A DNA stretch of 49,964 nucleotides, counting the filler, from Streblomastix strix (taxonomy: Eukaryota): NCBI GenBank assembly GCA_008636045.1. It is 3 parts of 3 records of this genome, joined end to end, with 100 filler letters (N's around TTAATTAATTAA, not from the genome) between each part and the next. Parts side by side here need not be neighbours in the genome. Positions count along the whole stretch, not along the records: positions 16,692 to 33,281 come from SNRW01000791.1; positions 33,382 to 49,964 come from SNRW01000792.1; 1 more part is not named here. One strand, written 5' to 3'. The position numbers and the translations under genes were made by a program. Below are positions 25,939-39,076 of this stretch, in pieces (position 1 is the stretch's first letter; each line of letters begins with the position of its first letter). The notes beneath the pieces were generated by a model that saw only the letters and a program-made list of their open reading frames with translations, did not search any database and was not told where the DNA came from.

Positions 25939-26464
25939 ATGATAGAAATTAATGAGTTTATACCTTTAGTCGTAGGTAATGATTATGAAATTTTAAATGT
26001 TGAGCCATATACTATCCGCAAAAAGTCAAATTGATTTATTCCTGTTATTAACACTGGGGCAAAAGGATATAAAAGAATAGCATTTAATTACAAGGAGCAT
26101 AATTATCATCGAGTATTAGCGATATAATTCATTTCTATTCCTGAAAATTTACCATAAATTGATCATATAAATCATATTAAAACGGATAATAGATTAGAAA
26201 ATTTAAGATGTTCATATTCAACCATTTGAATATTTTGATGATTTACCTGAAGGAAGCCAAAATTTGAACAAATATAATGAGTATGAACTGGAAGGATATA
26301 GTTTTGATTAAAATTTTAATGTTTATTACCGCAACAGATTAAAGTTTCGAAAGTTAAATGTTACTTTAATAAAGTACTATTCTGAAAATTTTAGAGTTTA
26401 TGATATAAGTAACAAATGCATAACAATTACACTTGATAAACTTAGAAATGGAAACTATGAATGA
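25939..26464 (+). pseudogene. HNH homing-type endonuclease
   Basis: DYEILNVEPYTIRKK...GYKRIAFN...YHRVLAIQFI..PENLPQIDHINHIKTDNRLENLR; one TGA and a deletion/frameshift. Confidence 0.85.
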
Positions 26465-26501
26465 GCATCTGATAAAAATTGTTTATTTTTGTTGAAAACA
26501 A

Positions 26502-27190
26502 ATGGAAGAATAATAAAAATAAATAACTGATCTTGAGGATCCATCAGAAGAAGAACTATAATAAATGAAATCAGAATATGAGAAGATGAAGAAATAATAA
26601 TAAGAAATAGAATCACTATAAAAGATGTAAAAATAAATAACTTAATAAATTGATAATGAAAATATAAAATATTTTACTTATTCTAGCTAATACTTTAAGA
26701 AATAATCAATATCTCATTTAGTAACAGTAAATACAGCATAAGTTATTACAGGAGTCAAATCATTTACATAGCCTATCACAGCTAATAGAATCATTAAATT
26801 AGGTTGAACAAATAATTAAATATTATTAGCTAATGGAGATACTATTGATAAAGATAAGCTAGACTATTAACTTATTGAAGATGCAACATAATAATCAATT
26901 GCATATGGAATGTATGAACAACGAATATTGGGTACGCTAACAATTTAGAATGGTAGAGTATATATTTCACTGCAAATAACTCACTCAGATCCTAATGCAT
27001 TAACGGAATCAGGATATACAATGTTTTCTATTATTAATAATGCTATAAAACCTAAATTTACTGGAACAACTAGAAACATTCCTTTAAATGCTGTTATGTT
27101 TGCGTAAAAAGTTCTTGGATATCCGATATGCTGGAATGGAGCAATTCCTATTGATTGTTTTATTAATCCTAACGGTACAGTTTTAATAAT
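26502..27190 (+). pseudogene. Fibre-like protein: coiled-coil, tail-fibre repeat, beta-rich head, truncated
   Basis: LVTVNTAQVITGVKSFTQPITANRIIKLG*TNNQILLANG is the same module as in 33520-36849. Head region: GTLTIQNGRVYISLQI...IKPK...DCFINPNG. Confidence 0.55.
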
Positions 27191-27946
27191 TCTGAATTTT
27201 ATTTGAATAATTCTGAATTTTGCAAAGACACTTTTTCTAATTTTATGAAAACTCATTTATATAATGTTATTGTTCATCATATTACTATAACTTCTTAACT
27301 CGGATGTTTTCTCAAAAGTACCTCAGGAGCTGTGGTAAATCAACATTTAATGAAATTGATGCATTTCATAATATTTATCATAAATTTTTATAAATAAATT
27401 ACAAAATTTAAATTGTAATTTCAATATGCAGTATATAAAATAATCAAAATAAAAAAATTTTCAATATTGAGTAAGATAATTAACTTTTAAATTATAGACC
27501 CCATAAATGTTGCAATTTTTAAAAAAAATATTTATTGAACATTAATTTCATTTATTCTAATAAAAAACTATATTAATATATATATGTGAATATAAAATTT
27601 ATATTAAACTTTAAGAATATAATCAATGAAGAAAATAATTTTTTTCATTAAAAAATATAAGTGAATTTTACTTCGTTTCTCATGGGAATATTTATATCAT
27701 ATATAATTTGACATATATATTAATAGTTATTTACATTTTATTCGCAAATAGTTAAATTATAATAAATAATTATACATTTTTCAATTATCAATTTCAATAT
27801 TATTTATTTATTATCTATAAATTCTGGATTTTTGTTTTAATACTTTAAATTTATATTTAGACGATCTATTTATTTATATATATTACTCAATTAAACTTAT
27901 TTTCATTTATTTTATATATATTCATATATTATATATCATCAATTAG

Positions 27947-30900
27947 AGAAAAAAATATAAAGATGCTGTATTATAATATTCTCAAGAAAATACTGAGTTT
28001 GAATGGAAAATTCACTTCTATCTGAGCGATTGCGTGTTGCAGAGACACTTCAGTAACGCTTCAGAGATGAGAGTGAAGGAAATGTTATTATGGCTCAAAG
28101 AGAATTATAGCGTGAAAGAGATATTCAATAAGAGAGAGAATATTCACATGAGAGAGAATCAGAATATACGTGAAGAAATCAACAACTTGGTCACACAACT
28201 TAGAAATGCTCTAGAATAAAATAACTTTACAAATTAACGTTTATCACAATTTGATAATGAAAGAGAATAAAATATGAAAGATTCTACATCTAAAAAAAAG
28301 ATTAGAAGTAGAAAAGAGAAAATAAAAGAATAATCATAAGAAATAGAAAGTTAAAGTGATGATGAAGTTGAAGAAAGATTTGAAGAAATTAAAAGAAATA
28401 AGAATAAAGAAGAATTTGAGAAAAGAATTTCTGATTTATAAACTCAAATAACATAATTATAATAAAGTGCAAAATAAAAAGAGAATGATTGGAATCGTGA
28501 AAGAGATACAATTACATCATCCAAACAAGGTATTGAGAAGGAAAGAATAACATTAACAAAGCAAATTACTATTGAATAAGAAACTAAGATTCAGCTTTAA
28601 AAAGATAATTAGAGAATTGAGAAAGAAAAGAAAGATACTTTTGAATAATAATCTCGAGAAAAGGCTGAATATGAAACATCAATTGCAAAAGCAGAACTGG
28701 AAATTTAAAGTTTGACAGAATAATTAAAGCAAATCAATAATTTCAAACAGTACAATAAGAAATTAACCAATGATCTAAGAAATGCAACAGAGAAATAATC
28801 TCAATTTGAAGAAGCGACATAAACAACAATTAGAAAATTAGATAAAGATAAGAATGAATTACATGAAAGATCAAAAAAAGCGTAGAAAGATCTTTAAGAG
28901 AAAGAAACAGATATTGAAAAGAAGAAATAATAATATGATGAAGAAAGAGAGAAATTATAAGATGATAATCAAACATTATAAGTTAAGATTAGTTAATTAA
29001 CAAGAGATTAATAATAGAAAGAAAGAGATATTGCATCTAAAGCATTAGATAGAGAAAGAGAAAGAGCTTTATTATAAGCAGATTTATAATAATCAGTCTT
29101 AGAAACCAAAAGAGCAAAAGAAGAAACTGAGAATTAAAGGAGAATATCATAAGAAGAGATAAGTGAATTGAAGAAATAAATTAGTAATGAATTGGAGAAT
29201 CAAAGATAGAATTGGATGAAATAGATTAATGAAATGAAAAGTGCTTTGGAAAGAGAAGCTAATTGGAAAACAGCTGAATATGAATCAAGAGAAAAAGAAA
29301 TGATATCAAAGAGCACAACTATTATGGCATAATAATAACAAGAATAAGAATCATAAACGTTATAATATTAAGCCCAAATTGAATAAATTCAAAATTAGTT
29401 AAGAAATTAAAAGAGCAAATCGGATGCAATTAGAGAGAAATTAGAAAAGGATCATGAAAAATAAATGAAGAAAGTTAAATAATCCGCGGGAGAATAACTT
29501 ACTCGTTCAATAGTTGAGTTGAAATAAACGAATGAATAAAATATTTCAATAATTATTCAATTACGTGATCAAATACAAAATCAATTATAATAATTGCAGT
29601 AAAATATATCAAATAGATTCATTTAATAAGAAAAGGATACAAAGAATGTTATTGAATAGAAAGAAACTGGATGGCCGAAAAGATTTGCTGATAATTGTTA
29701 GAGATTAAATAATTTGGATAGAAAACATTAGATGAACAGAGAAATTAGTATGAATGAGATTAATGATAGAAAGTTAATATTTATTTATTATTATTCATTT
29801 ATTTTTACTTTATTAGAAATAGCAGACTCACCAATTAATTATCACAACTCCATTCTGAAAGAGAATAAGTTCGAATCACAGCAGAATAAATCATTAGAGA
29901 GATTCTTATACAGAAATAAGAATCTGAAATTGTATTTAATCAAAAGAGTTAATCTTCAGCTGCAGCTTTCTCATAATTGGCTTAATTAATAACTGGATTT
30001 GCTGAATGGTTCTTTAGAAGCACCCATGTTGCTAATTTACAAGCTGGTATGAATAATAAATGAAAGAAATAATAATATTAATTATTTATTATTTATTCTA
30101 ATAAATATTATCTAGGAGCTGCACTTGAATCAGCCAGTTATGCAAAAGGTAATAATGAGGAAGAAGAAGATGGTAATGAATAAGAAGAAGGAGAAGATAT
30201 TGTAGAGAATGCATAAAGAAGAAAGAAAAGAATGGGTAAATATCCAAAGAATACAATTTATCAACTTGAATAGACATTAGATAAAGATAGAGAAATATAA
30301 AGTGAAGAAAAAGATAAGAAAGAAGAAGAAGATGATGATGAAATTGATGGGAAACAAAAGAAAATAAGAAAATCAAGAAGTAAATCTCCCATAATAAAAC
30401 CAATCAAATCACCTCCAAGATCTTTCTCACCATATCCATGAGTTAATAAAGACTCATCTTAATCAATTCCAGCTTCATATGAATAATTATAGTTGTTAAA
30501 CAGAGAAGCATAAAGATGGTAAGGATTTGCTTTAGGAGGATAAAATAATGGGAAATAAGTAAGTGGAGATACAAATAATGCAGCTGAATAGATTATATAG
30601 AGAAATTGAATAGATGAATAAGCAACATCATATTTATAATAGATTGATTCACAAATGATAGAAAGAATATTCTAATTCAGATACAGATAATAATAATAAT
30701 AAATAAAATAGAGGAATTGGTTAATAGAGGAAGAGGAGGAAGAGTTAGAAAGATATCTCTTAATGGGAATCTAAATTACACTAAATTAGTCAAGTATCAA
30801 CATCACCAATTAGAACACCATCTATATAAGCTCTATTCCAATTGTCATCTTCTTCATTAACAACTGTATCTCATTTACATTCACCCATTTATTCTGTATA

Positions 30901-31755
30901 ATAAACATAATTATAATAATCTAATAATTCACCATAAATTACACCATTTGAATAAAGATTCTAACCTTAATTCAATTTTAAACAACTACAACAAAGCCAT
31001 CTTCATCATCATCATCATCATCATCATATTTATCATATGAGAAAACAGCATCTTCATTACCATATCAAAATCAAAGTATAACATCAGCATCTCCATTATA
31101 TTCTTCTATTCATTCAAATACTTAATCTAAAATATCTTCATCTTTTTCGTATACATCATCATCATCATCATCTATTATTTCTGCATTACAGTCCTTCTTC
31201 CCTCCTCATTCTCCTCCTTATTATATATCTAATTATTCATCTTCATCTATTCCATCTATTCCATCTAAATCTATAATTAATAATTAGATTAATACAACAT
31301 CTTATTCTAATAACATATTAAATCTTAATTCTACAATTTATTCATAATATGGATCAAATTTCCTAACTACTTCATACAATTCAGCCAAATATGATCATCT
31401 ATAAATATCTGTTCTTCCATCAACAACTGCCAATACTCCTCATGCATCAAAGGCCTATCTAATATCACCTTCATTATAAGTACCTCCTCTAAGTCCAGCT
31501 TATTCATTTCCTTCTTCATTCCCATTTGCTCCTGTTTCTCCTTCTTCCTCTTAATTATCTCATCCACATACTCCTCCACATATACGAATGTCTGGTGTAT
31601 AATAACAGTAACATTATATATGGAACTTCTCAGAATTAACATCTGGATACCTATCTCATAATAATTCTATCTTCAATATTTCATTACCATCTCAAACTAA
31701 TTCTCCATTTTTACCTCATTCTACATCAGCATAACATCCTAATTAATTATCTTGA
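27947..31755 (+). CDS. Host gene (partial, possibly pseudogenised at 3' end): long coiled-coil protein with Ser/Pro-rich tail, introns
   Basis: ~608-codon exon 27947-29772 is open only with TAA/TAG=Gln (E/K/Q-rich heptads). GT-AG introns at ~29773-29816 and ~30047-30115; downstream low-complexity part has frame disruptions. Confidence 0.65.
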
Positions 31756-32229
31756 TGATATTCTTCTAAAACTCAAAATTCAAATCCAAATAACTTCACT
31801 TTTTCTAAATCTCCATCATAATCATATTCTCCCTCTAAAGAATATTTAGTATTCACTTCTTCATTAACTTCTTTCTATTGTTCATCATCACCATAATTAT
31901 TACCTTCTACTTCCTTTTTTCTTCATCTTATTTGATACATAAAATAATTAAAAAAGAAAGAATGAAGAATATAGAAAGATAAAAGTTAATTTTTATGCCT
32001 TTAATGGTTGAAACAAATACTATTTTTAGTATTTCTTTTTTATCTTTATCTTCATATCATTAAATAATTTAATAAATGAATAATTATTAAATTAATATAA
32101 AGAGAGAATGATATTGATAAGAAATTTAGATAGTAAATAAATATATTAATTGAGAAGTAAGATAAATAAAAAATGAAAAGAAAACATGCGAAAGAATAAA
32201 TACATTTTTATTAAACAACTATTTAAAAG

Positions 32230-33281
32230 TCAAACAACATTAATAGTGGAGATATAAATTATCATACTGCTTTCTTCATAGACAGATAGTGATTATTATT
32301 AATTAAACCTAGATATAAAGCTTATTCTTGATCATAATCTTCTCCATTCACAATCGGTTATTATCTGTTTCGAGGATCGTAAATAATAATTGATCTTTTA
32401 AGCTTTTGGGTTAGGAAAGTCTGACAGATAGAGACCAAGATCTCTTAGCGTTTCTTTCATTGTTATTTCTCTCAATTGTGCAGGAGTGTTTCCACCAATT
32501 ATATCATGAATTGAACTTATTATATTTTAAATAAATTAATTTAATTTTTGTATTATAAATAATAATTATTAATTATTTAAATTTTATTTATATTTTTCTT
32601 ATTTCAAACTTATACAATCAGTTTTTATCCCCTTTTATCTTTCTATTCAAAACTAGTCCAAGTTCTGATGCAATTTCTGTCAAATATTTTTATTCCAAAA
32701 ATTGTTATAATTGAATTTTATTAATAATAAATTATTATTTAATATTAATTTTTATTAATATTAATCAATTAAATGAATTGTATTAATATATGCATCATCA
32801 AATATCCTTACTGGATCAATATCATTAATTATATCTCCTACTCTATCTAGCTATTCTTAATTATTTATTTGTATTTCTATTTCTATTTATTTCTATTTAA
32901 ATTTCTATCTTTCAATTGAATTTTTTGTATTATCATTTTCTATTTAAGTTTAAATAATTCTCCTTCTTTTTCTTTTCTTATTTTATTCTTAAAATTCATC
33001 ATCAGTTTAATAATCTTCATCAATTTCTACATCTTCACTCAAATTTTATTTCTCTGCATTGTATTCTTCACTATTAATTTAATTGTCATCTTCACTGCAA
33101 TTTAATTTTTCTTTATCAATCATATTTTCTTTCATTCTTTTTTATTTATTCTTCCCAATTTTTTTCTATATTTTTCTTTTTCTTTTCTTATTGCCCTTAT
33201 TCACAGATCTTTTTCTCTTCAGTTTCTTCATATTTTAATCACTCAATTGATTTTCTTATTCTTTATCATTTAACTCAATTT
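32230..33281 (-). pseudogene. Fragment of an intron-containing host gene, K/E-rich, unknown product
   Basis: Minus-strand frames DVEIDEDYQTDDEFQEQNKKRKRR, TEIASELGLVLNRKDKRG and ISSIHDIIGGNTPAQLREITMKETLRDLGLYLSDFPNP, separated by AT-rich introns. Confidence 0.4.
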
Positions 33282-33381
33282 NNNNNNNNNNNNNNNNNNN
33301 NNNNNNNNNNNNNNNNNNNNNNNNNTTAATTAATTAANNNNNNNNNNNNNNNNNNNNNNNNNNNNNNNNNNNNNNNNNNNN
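33282..33381. other. Artificial contig linker
   Basis: N44-TTAATTAATTAA-N44. Confidence 0.98.
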
Positions 33382-33487
33382 ATAAAAAATAAGAAAAATA
33401 ACAAGCATTTTAGATTTGGGAGAGATAACAAGCAAAATTATTGGTGCTGTATCCAAAGGTTTAATGATTGTGCTAAATAAAATTTGA
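33382..33487 (+). CDS. 3' end of a small amphipathic protein (partial)
   Basis: ...KKITSILDLGEITSKIIGAVSKGLMIVLNKI*, followed by TGAAACCGTTA as at other viral gene ends. Confidence 0.4.
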
Positions 33488-33519
33488 AACCGTTAATTAA
33501 TGATTTTTATTTTTATAAA

Positions 33520-36500
33520 ATGGACGGAGATTTACATATGTTTGATGTTGTTTTAAATCATGATTAAGTGCTTTATGGCTCAAGTAAGTATAACACCATT
33601 GGCTTAATCAGTGAGGTAAAAAATATTGAAAATTTAATTAATATAATTAATGAAGCACCTGAAACTTATAATCGTGAAGAAATTGATGAAATGCTAGATA
33701 AAAAATTAAATATATCTGATTAAATTGATGCATACATCAAATAAGAAGATGATGCACTGCTGCTGTTGAAGGCTGATAAATCAGAGCTCATTGATGCATA
33801 TTCGAAAACTGAAGATGATGCACTACTCGACGACAAATTAAATATTACTGATTAAATTGATGCATATAATAAATCTGAAGTCGATGCACTACTCGACGAC
33901 AAATTAAATATTAATGACTTAATCGATGCTTATAGTAAGTAAGAAGATGATGCGTTGCTGTTATTGAATGCTGATAAAATTGAGCTAATTGATGTATATT
34001 CGAAAACTGAAGTCGAAGCACTACTCGACGACAAATTAAATATTACTGACTAAATCGATGCATACAATAAAACTGAAGCCGATGCTCTGCTATTATTGAA
34101 GGCTGATAAATCAGAGCTCATTGATGCATATTCGAAGACTGAAGCCGATGCTCTACTCGATGAAAAATTGAATAAATCCGATTAAATTGATGCATATAAT
34201 AAAATTGAGGTCGATGCTCTACTCGATGAAAAATTAAATATTTCTGATTAAATCGATGCATACAATAAAACTGAAACCGATGCCCTACTCGATGAAAAAT
34301 TAAAATATTTCTGATTAAATCGATGCATACAATAAAACTGAAGCAGATGCTCTACTCGATGAAAAATTAAATATATCCGATTAAATTGATGCATGTAATA
34401 AAATAAGAAGATGATACGCAGCTGTTGTTGAAGGCTGATAAATCAGAGCTCATTGATGCTTATACGAAAATTGAAGTCGATGCCCTACTCGATGAAAAAT
34501 TAAATATTACTGACTAAATCGATGCTTATAGTAAATAAGAAGATGATGCTCTGTTGTTGTTGATGGCTGATAAAACAGAATTAGCGGATTATGTTGATTT
34601 AGCTTCTACTCAGACGATAACAGGCCAAAAATAATTCGGAATAATTAGTGTTTCAAGCATATCGAAATAAAATAAAAAATGATGCTTCTATTCTTCTTGC
34701 TGGCGGTGGTGATATGCTAGTAAGTTCATTGATATCATAGCCATAACTATAAGAAGTTCGAAATATTGCATCAGGCAAATCAAAAGGATATGTATTTATA
34801 ACAACGGATGAGATGAAAACTTGGATGGAAGATTAAGAAAACGTTACAAAATTAGCAATTTGTGATAATTTATATATAGTTGATAAATAAGTCATGGACT
34901 ATTGGTGGGATGGCTCTAGTCTTCCAGCACTAGAAACAGAACTGCCAGATATGAGCAACGTCATGACCATTCTTGGTGCTGCTACAGGAGGCGACAATGC
35001 AATAACAGATTTATCATTTGATGGAAATACACTAATACCCGCGAAAAATAGTTCTTTTATAACGACTAACTATGATGAAACTATTACAGGTTAAAAGACG
35101 TTTTATACAACTATTCACTCTGTCGGAATATCTGTATAAAATTACGATAATAATTCTGTTGTTTGTGCTGATGGTGGTGTTAAGGCCATATAGGACATAA
35201 ATGCAAGCGTCGATTTTTCAAATTATTATAATAAATCATAAACATATTCATTAACTGAAACAGATTAAAAATTAAATCTAAAATTGAATATTTCCGATTA
35301 AATAGATGCTTATACGAAGACATAAGATGATGCGTTGCTGTTGTTGAAGGCTGACAAAACATAATTAATTAATGCATACAATAAAACAGAAGTCGATGAC
35401 CTACTCGACGACAAATTAAACGTAAGCGATTAAATTGATGCATACACAAAAGGAGAAGCTGATAATCTACTAAATAATAAAGCTAATTCTGGGGTTTCAT
35501 ACATTAAAGGAGAAGATGACGCTTTGCTATTATTGAAGGCAGACAAAACATAATTGATTGATGTATACACTAAAGGAGAAGATGACGCTTTGCTGTTGTT
35601 GAAGGCTGACAAAACATAATTGATTGATGCATATACAAAAGGCGAAACCAATAATCTTTTAAATAATAAAGCCGATTCTGGGATTTCATACACAAAAGGA
35701 GAAGCCGATAATCTGCTCAATAGTAAAGCCAATTCAGGAGTTTCATACACTTAGGGAGAAGATGACGCTTTGCTGTTGTTGAAGGCTGACAAAACATAAT
35801 TAATCGATTCATATAAAAAAGGCGAAACCAATAATCTTTTAAATAATAAAGCCGATTCGGGAGTTTCATATTCCAAATAAGAAGACGATGCGTTGCTGCT
35901 GTTGAAAGCAAATCAATCAACAACTTATACCAAAATAGAAACTGATTAATTAATATCACAAATTGAAGTTGGAGATGTTGATTTAAGCGGTTGTATGACC
36001 TTGGGCACTTCATAGACAATAACAGCAAACAAAACATTCAATAATGCTTGTAGATTTGTAAGTTCTATCGATGGAATGGCAACAATTACAGGCACATAGT
36101 TTGTTAAATCTGGCGCTGACGATATTGTTGTATAACTTGGAGCTGGTGGCACTAAGCAAATTTCTGAATTCGCTGGTGCTCCAGCTGATTTATCAAACTA
36201 TTACACAAAAACATAAACATATTCAAAAACAGAAACTGATAATAAATATGTAAGATTGGAAGGCTCCATTTAATAAACAATAACAGGAAGATTAAAATAT
36301 GTTAGCCCATTTGGTGAGACATATGATGAAACATAAGACCCTGTAGCTAACACTTATTTAACTTAGTCAGAAGTTGATGCAAAACTAACAAATTACGTCA
36401 ATACAGTTAATAATTAAGAAATTAATGGCACAAAAACATTCAATGCTAATGTTAATGCGACAGGATTTGTGAAAACAGGCAAAGATGATACATCGGTTTT

Positions 36501-36849
36501 ATTGGCTGGTGGTGGCGACCGATTATTATCTTCATTTGGAGGGATTAAAGACTTAACATCGTCGGCATTTTCTGGTATGAATAGTGCAGTAATATAATAT
36601 AAATTAATAAGAATTGGAAATCTTTGTATATTTTCATTACTCGCTAATGTACGAAATTACAATATGGGAACATTTAACACTGACTACTTAGTTTAGGATG
36701 ATGTTGCTGTTATAACATATATACCATTTCCGAATCACACTTTTGATAAAGGCGGTTATGTATCGATTACTCATTCAACTGGACTTATTACCTGTAAATC
36801 AACAACTAATACATATATATAATGTGTATCTGCTACAAAGTTTAAATGA
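33520..36849 (+). pseudogene. Long fibre-like protein (~1100 aa): 22-aa and 19-aa shaft repeats, four tail-fibre modules, C-terminal head; frameshifts in A-runs
   Basis: Shaft repeats IDAYxKxExDALLDxKLNIxDQ / EDDALLLLKADKxEL and GVSYTKGEADNLLNNKANS. Modules QTITGQKQF..SILLAGGG and QEINGTKTFNANVNATGFVKTGKDDTSVLLAGGG. Head KLIRIGNLCIFSL...GYVSITHSTG. Confidence 0.75.
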
Positions 36850-36896
36850 AAACCTTGAAATTGTTTGGATTAATTTTTTATTTTTATTGAATATAA

Positions 36897-38475
36897 ATGT
36901 TGAATGTTTATATTGATGAAAGATTATTAGACGCAGCTGGTTTATCGGACTTCCCAGAATTATACGCATATATCAAAGAACGTTATCCTAAACTCATTGG
37001 TGAATTACCGCAACCTGTTCCAATTGGGGACCAAACTCTGTAATAGCAAGTGAAAAATAATGACGATATTATCTACGCATCAAACGAAGTATTCGAGCCA
37101 CCAGTGCCTAATGCAATAACGAAATTGGATTTGAGTTCGTAATTAGAGCGAAATAGTTTTTTAGCATCTAGTGGTTCAGATCCAACATTAATCGTTTATG
37201 GCGATAGAATCACATTGACAGCGTCATACGCAACAACAGGTGTATTTCCGAACGGATATTTATTTAAAAGCTATCCACAAGAAGCGAGACCAAAACAGGG
37301 TGATTAAGTGATTGCATTAGTTGGAACCGACGCATCTAATACATATAATATATTTTGTTATATCGATTAAGGGGGGCTATTTATTATAAGCAATAGATGG
37401 CTACCGTCAAATACTGCTCTCGTGCTTAATATCACATATTATAAAAATTATGAATCATCGAAAAAATTAAATTATGATGCCAATAATGATGGAAAAATAG
37501 ACATTATGGACACGTGGAATGTAAATGGAAAAGGCTAATTTGAAGCGTAATCGTATGTCTATGAAACTGTGAAAAATTAAACAAATTTAATCGAGGCGGG
37601 AGTGTAAGGGCTAAATAGAACTAATTATTTGAACAGTGAAATAAAACTAGTGGATGAATTAGCGATATATAAAGCAGATAGAGCAGCATATTTTAATAAA
37701 GACGATCCATTTATCACTTATAGCTTTGGGGCAAAATTGGCACAATTAGGCGCCAATTATGAAGCATAATAGACTGTATATAAATTATTTTCGACAATCA
37801 GCAAAAAAGTTCTACCGCCTAATACGAAATATATGCCTATTCATGTAGAATAATAAGAATTTTCCGCTATGTGTTTGTTCAAGGATATGTATGTTAAGTC
37901 GTCAGCTGTATAGGTGGCCGTTAGTGGATAATTAAATATGCTAGATTGTGAATTTCAAGGAACTTATATACTTGATAATTATACAAATGAATCAGCATCA
38001 AATGAAGCATTACCTGAAGATGTAGAATCTCACATCGACGAAGTAATAATAAACATGAAAAATAATTAGGTTCATCACCACAACCACAATATACGATAAA
38101 TAATGTTTATAATCAGTTTATGATAAATGATTTTTCCCCTCATCAGCATATAATACGTTCTATATCATTGATGATGTCACTTGCAGAGTATGCGTATTCA
38201 ATCTATATTTCGAATCTAAAGGTTTAGATGGGAGAAAGTAAGAGGTTGGTCGTATTCCTGATTCAATATTACCTGCAGATGGTAAAAGTTTAGGCTTCGC
38301 TGCGGCTGTATATAGAACAAAGGGCGGAAGATAGAATAATTTTTCAGTGAATTATTTTATTGTAAATTCATAATTTAAAATGCTATACTTTTAAATATCT
38401 GAACCATAAGAGTCAATACCAACGGATTCAGCTGATGTTTATAAATATTGTGCTAGTGGAATGTATTATTTGTGA
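36897..38475 (+). pseudogene. Protein with tandem fibre-head-like beta domains and a DxNxDGxIDxxD (dockerin/EF-hand-like) motif; frameshifted near 38080-38140
   Basis: TLIVYGDRITLTASY...YPQEARPK...FCYIDQGG, YDANNDGKIDIMD, RVCVFNLYF...VGRIPDSILP...SGMYYL*. Confidence 0.6.
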
Positions 38476-38500
38476 GAAACAGCACCTGCAACATCAACGA

Positions 38501-38626
38501 AAAACGATATTTTGGCATGCATAAATGGTGTGGTTTATGAATGACATTTAGCTGCACCGAGTGCATCGAGTGCATCGAGTCAAAAACTTTCATCAAAAAT
38601 TGCTGCCAGCCTGCCATTCTGCCAGA
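38501..38626 (-). repeat. Intergenic repeat, variant B, reverse orientation
   Basis: GCACCGAGT-GCATCGAGT-GCATCGAGTCAAAAAC...GCTGCCAG-CCTGCCAT-TCTGCCAG. Confidence 0.9.
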
Positions 38627-38707
38627 AATGAGAAAAATAAATAAAAAAATCATTTATTCAAATCCAAAATAATACACATAAAATTTTATTTTTATTATAA
38701 ATAAACG

Positions 38708-39022
38708 ATGGCTGTAGGTATCTTTTCAAAAATCAAATAGTTAGTTTAAAAGGTATGGAAGGGTCTTTAATGGGTGAATGATAACGTTTATAAACCGTTC
38801 ATAAAACCATTTGCAAAGCCGATACTTGGAGCACTAGGTCCCATGGGCTAAACAATAGGCAAAGGTTTAGATGTTGCTAGCTCATTTCTTGATTATTGCT
38901 ATGGTGCAGATAAAAATGGTTAATTTAGATAAGATTTTGAAACATTGAGAAATGATGAATATTTAAGATAAAAATTACCAATTGATATACAGAGTCGAAG
39001 AATACAATTATAGAACCAATGA
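38708..39022 (+). CDS. 104-aa protein with N-terminal amphipathic helix (adenovirus pVI-like membrane-active candidate)
   Basis: Intact ORF MAVGIFSKIKQLVQKVWKGLQWVNDNVYKP...LGALGPMGQTIGKGLDVAS, directly upstream of the MCP. Confidence 0.7.
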
Positions 39023-39076
39023 AAAATATAAACATTAACGTTTGAGCATTACTTATTTTTTATTTTTTCTAAATTA

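Larger units (their letters stand above)
16692..27190. mobile_element. Decayed Polinton-like virus, family B (plus possibly a spliced-in fragment of another copy after 24320)
   Basis: Cluster of penton-like, pPolB, D5-like remnant, HNH and fibre-like genes; intronless and densely packed. Confidence 0.7.

Noticed and set aside
27245..27345. Minus-strand TAPEVLL...ITLY resembling a kinase APE motif
   Set aside because: Too short and stop-ridden to support a call.
33670..35920. Regular 57-66-bp repeats as a possible CRISPR array
   Set aside because: No unique spacers and no cas genes; units are multiples of three, vary at synonymous positions and encode a protein repeat.
35180..36152. Minus-strand ORFs of 60-106 aa in the ORF track
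   Set aside because: Antisense shadows of the plus-strand fibre gene.
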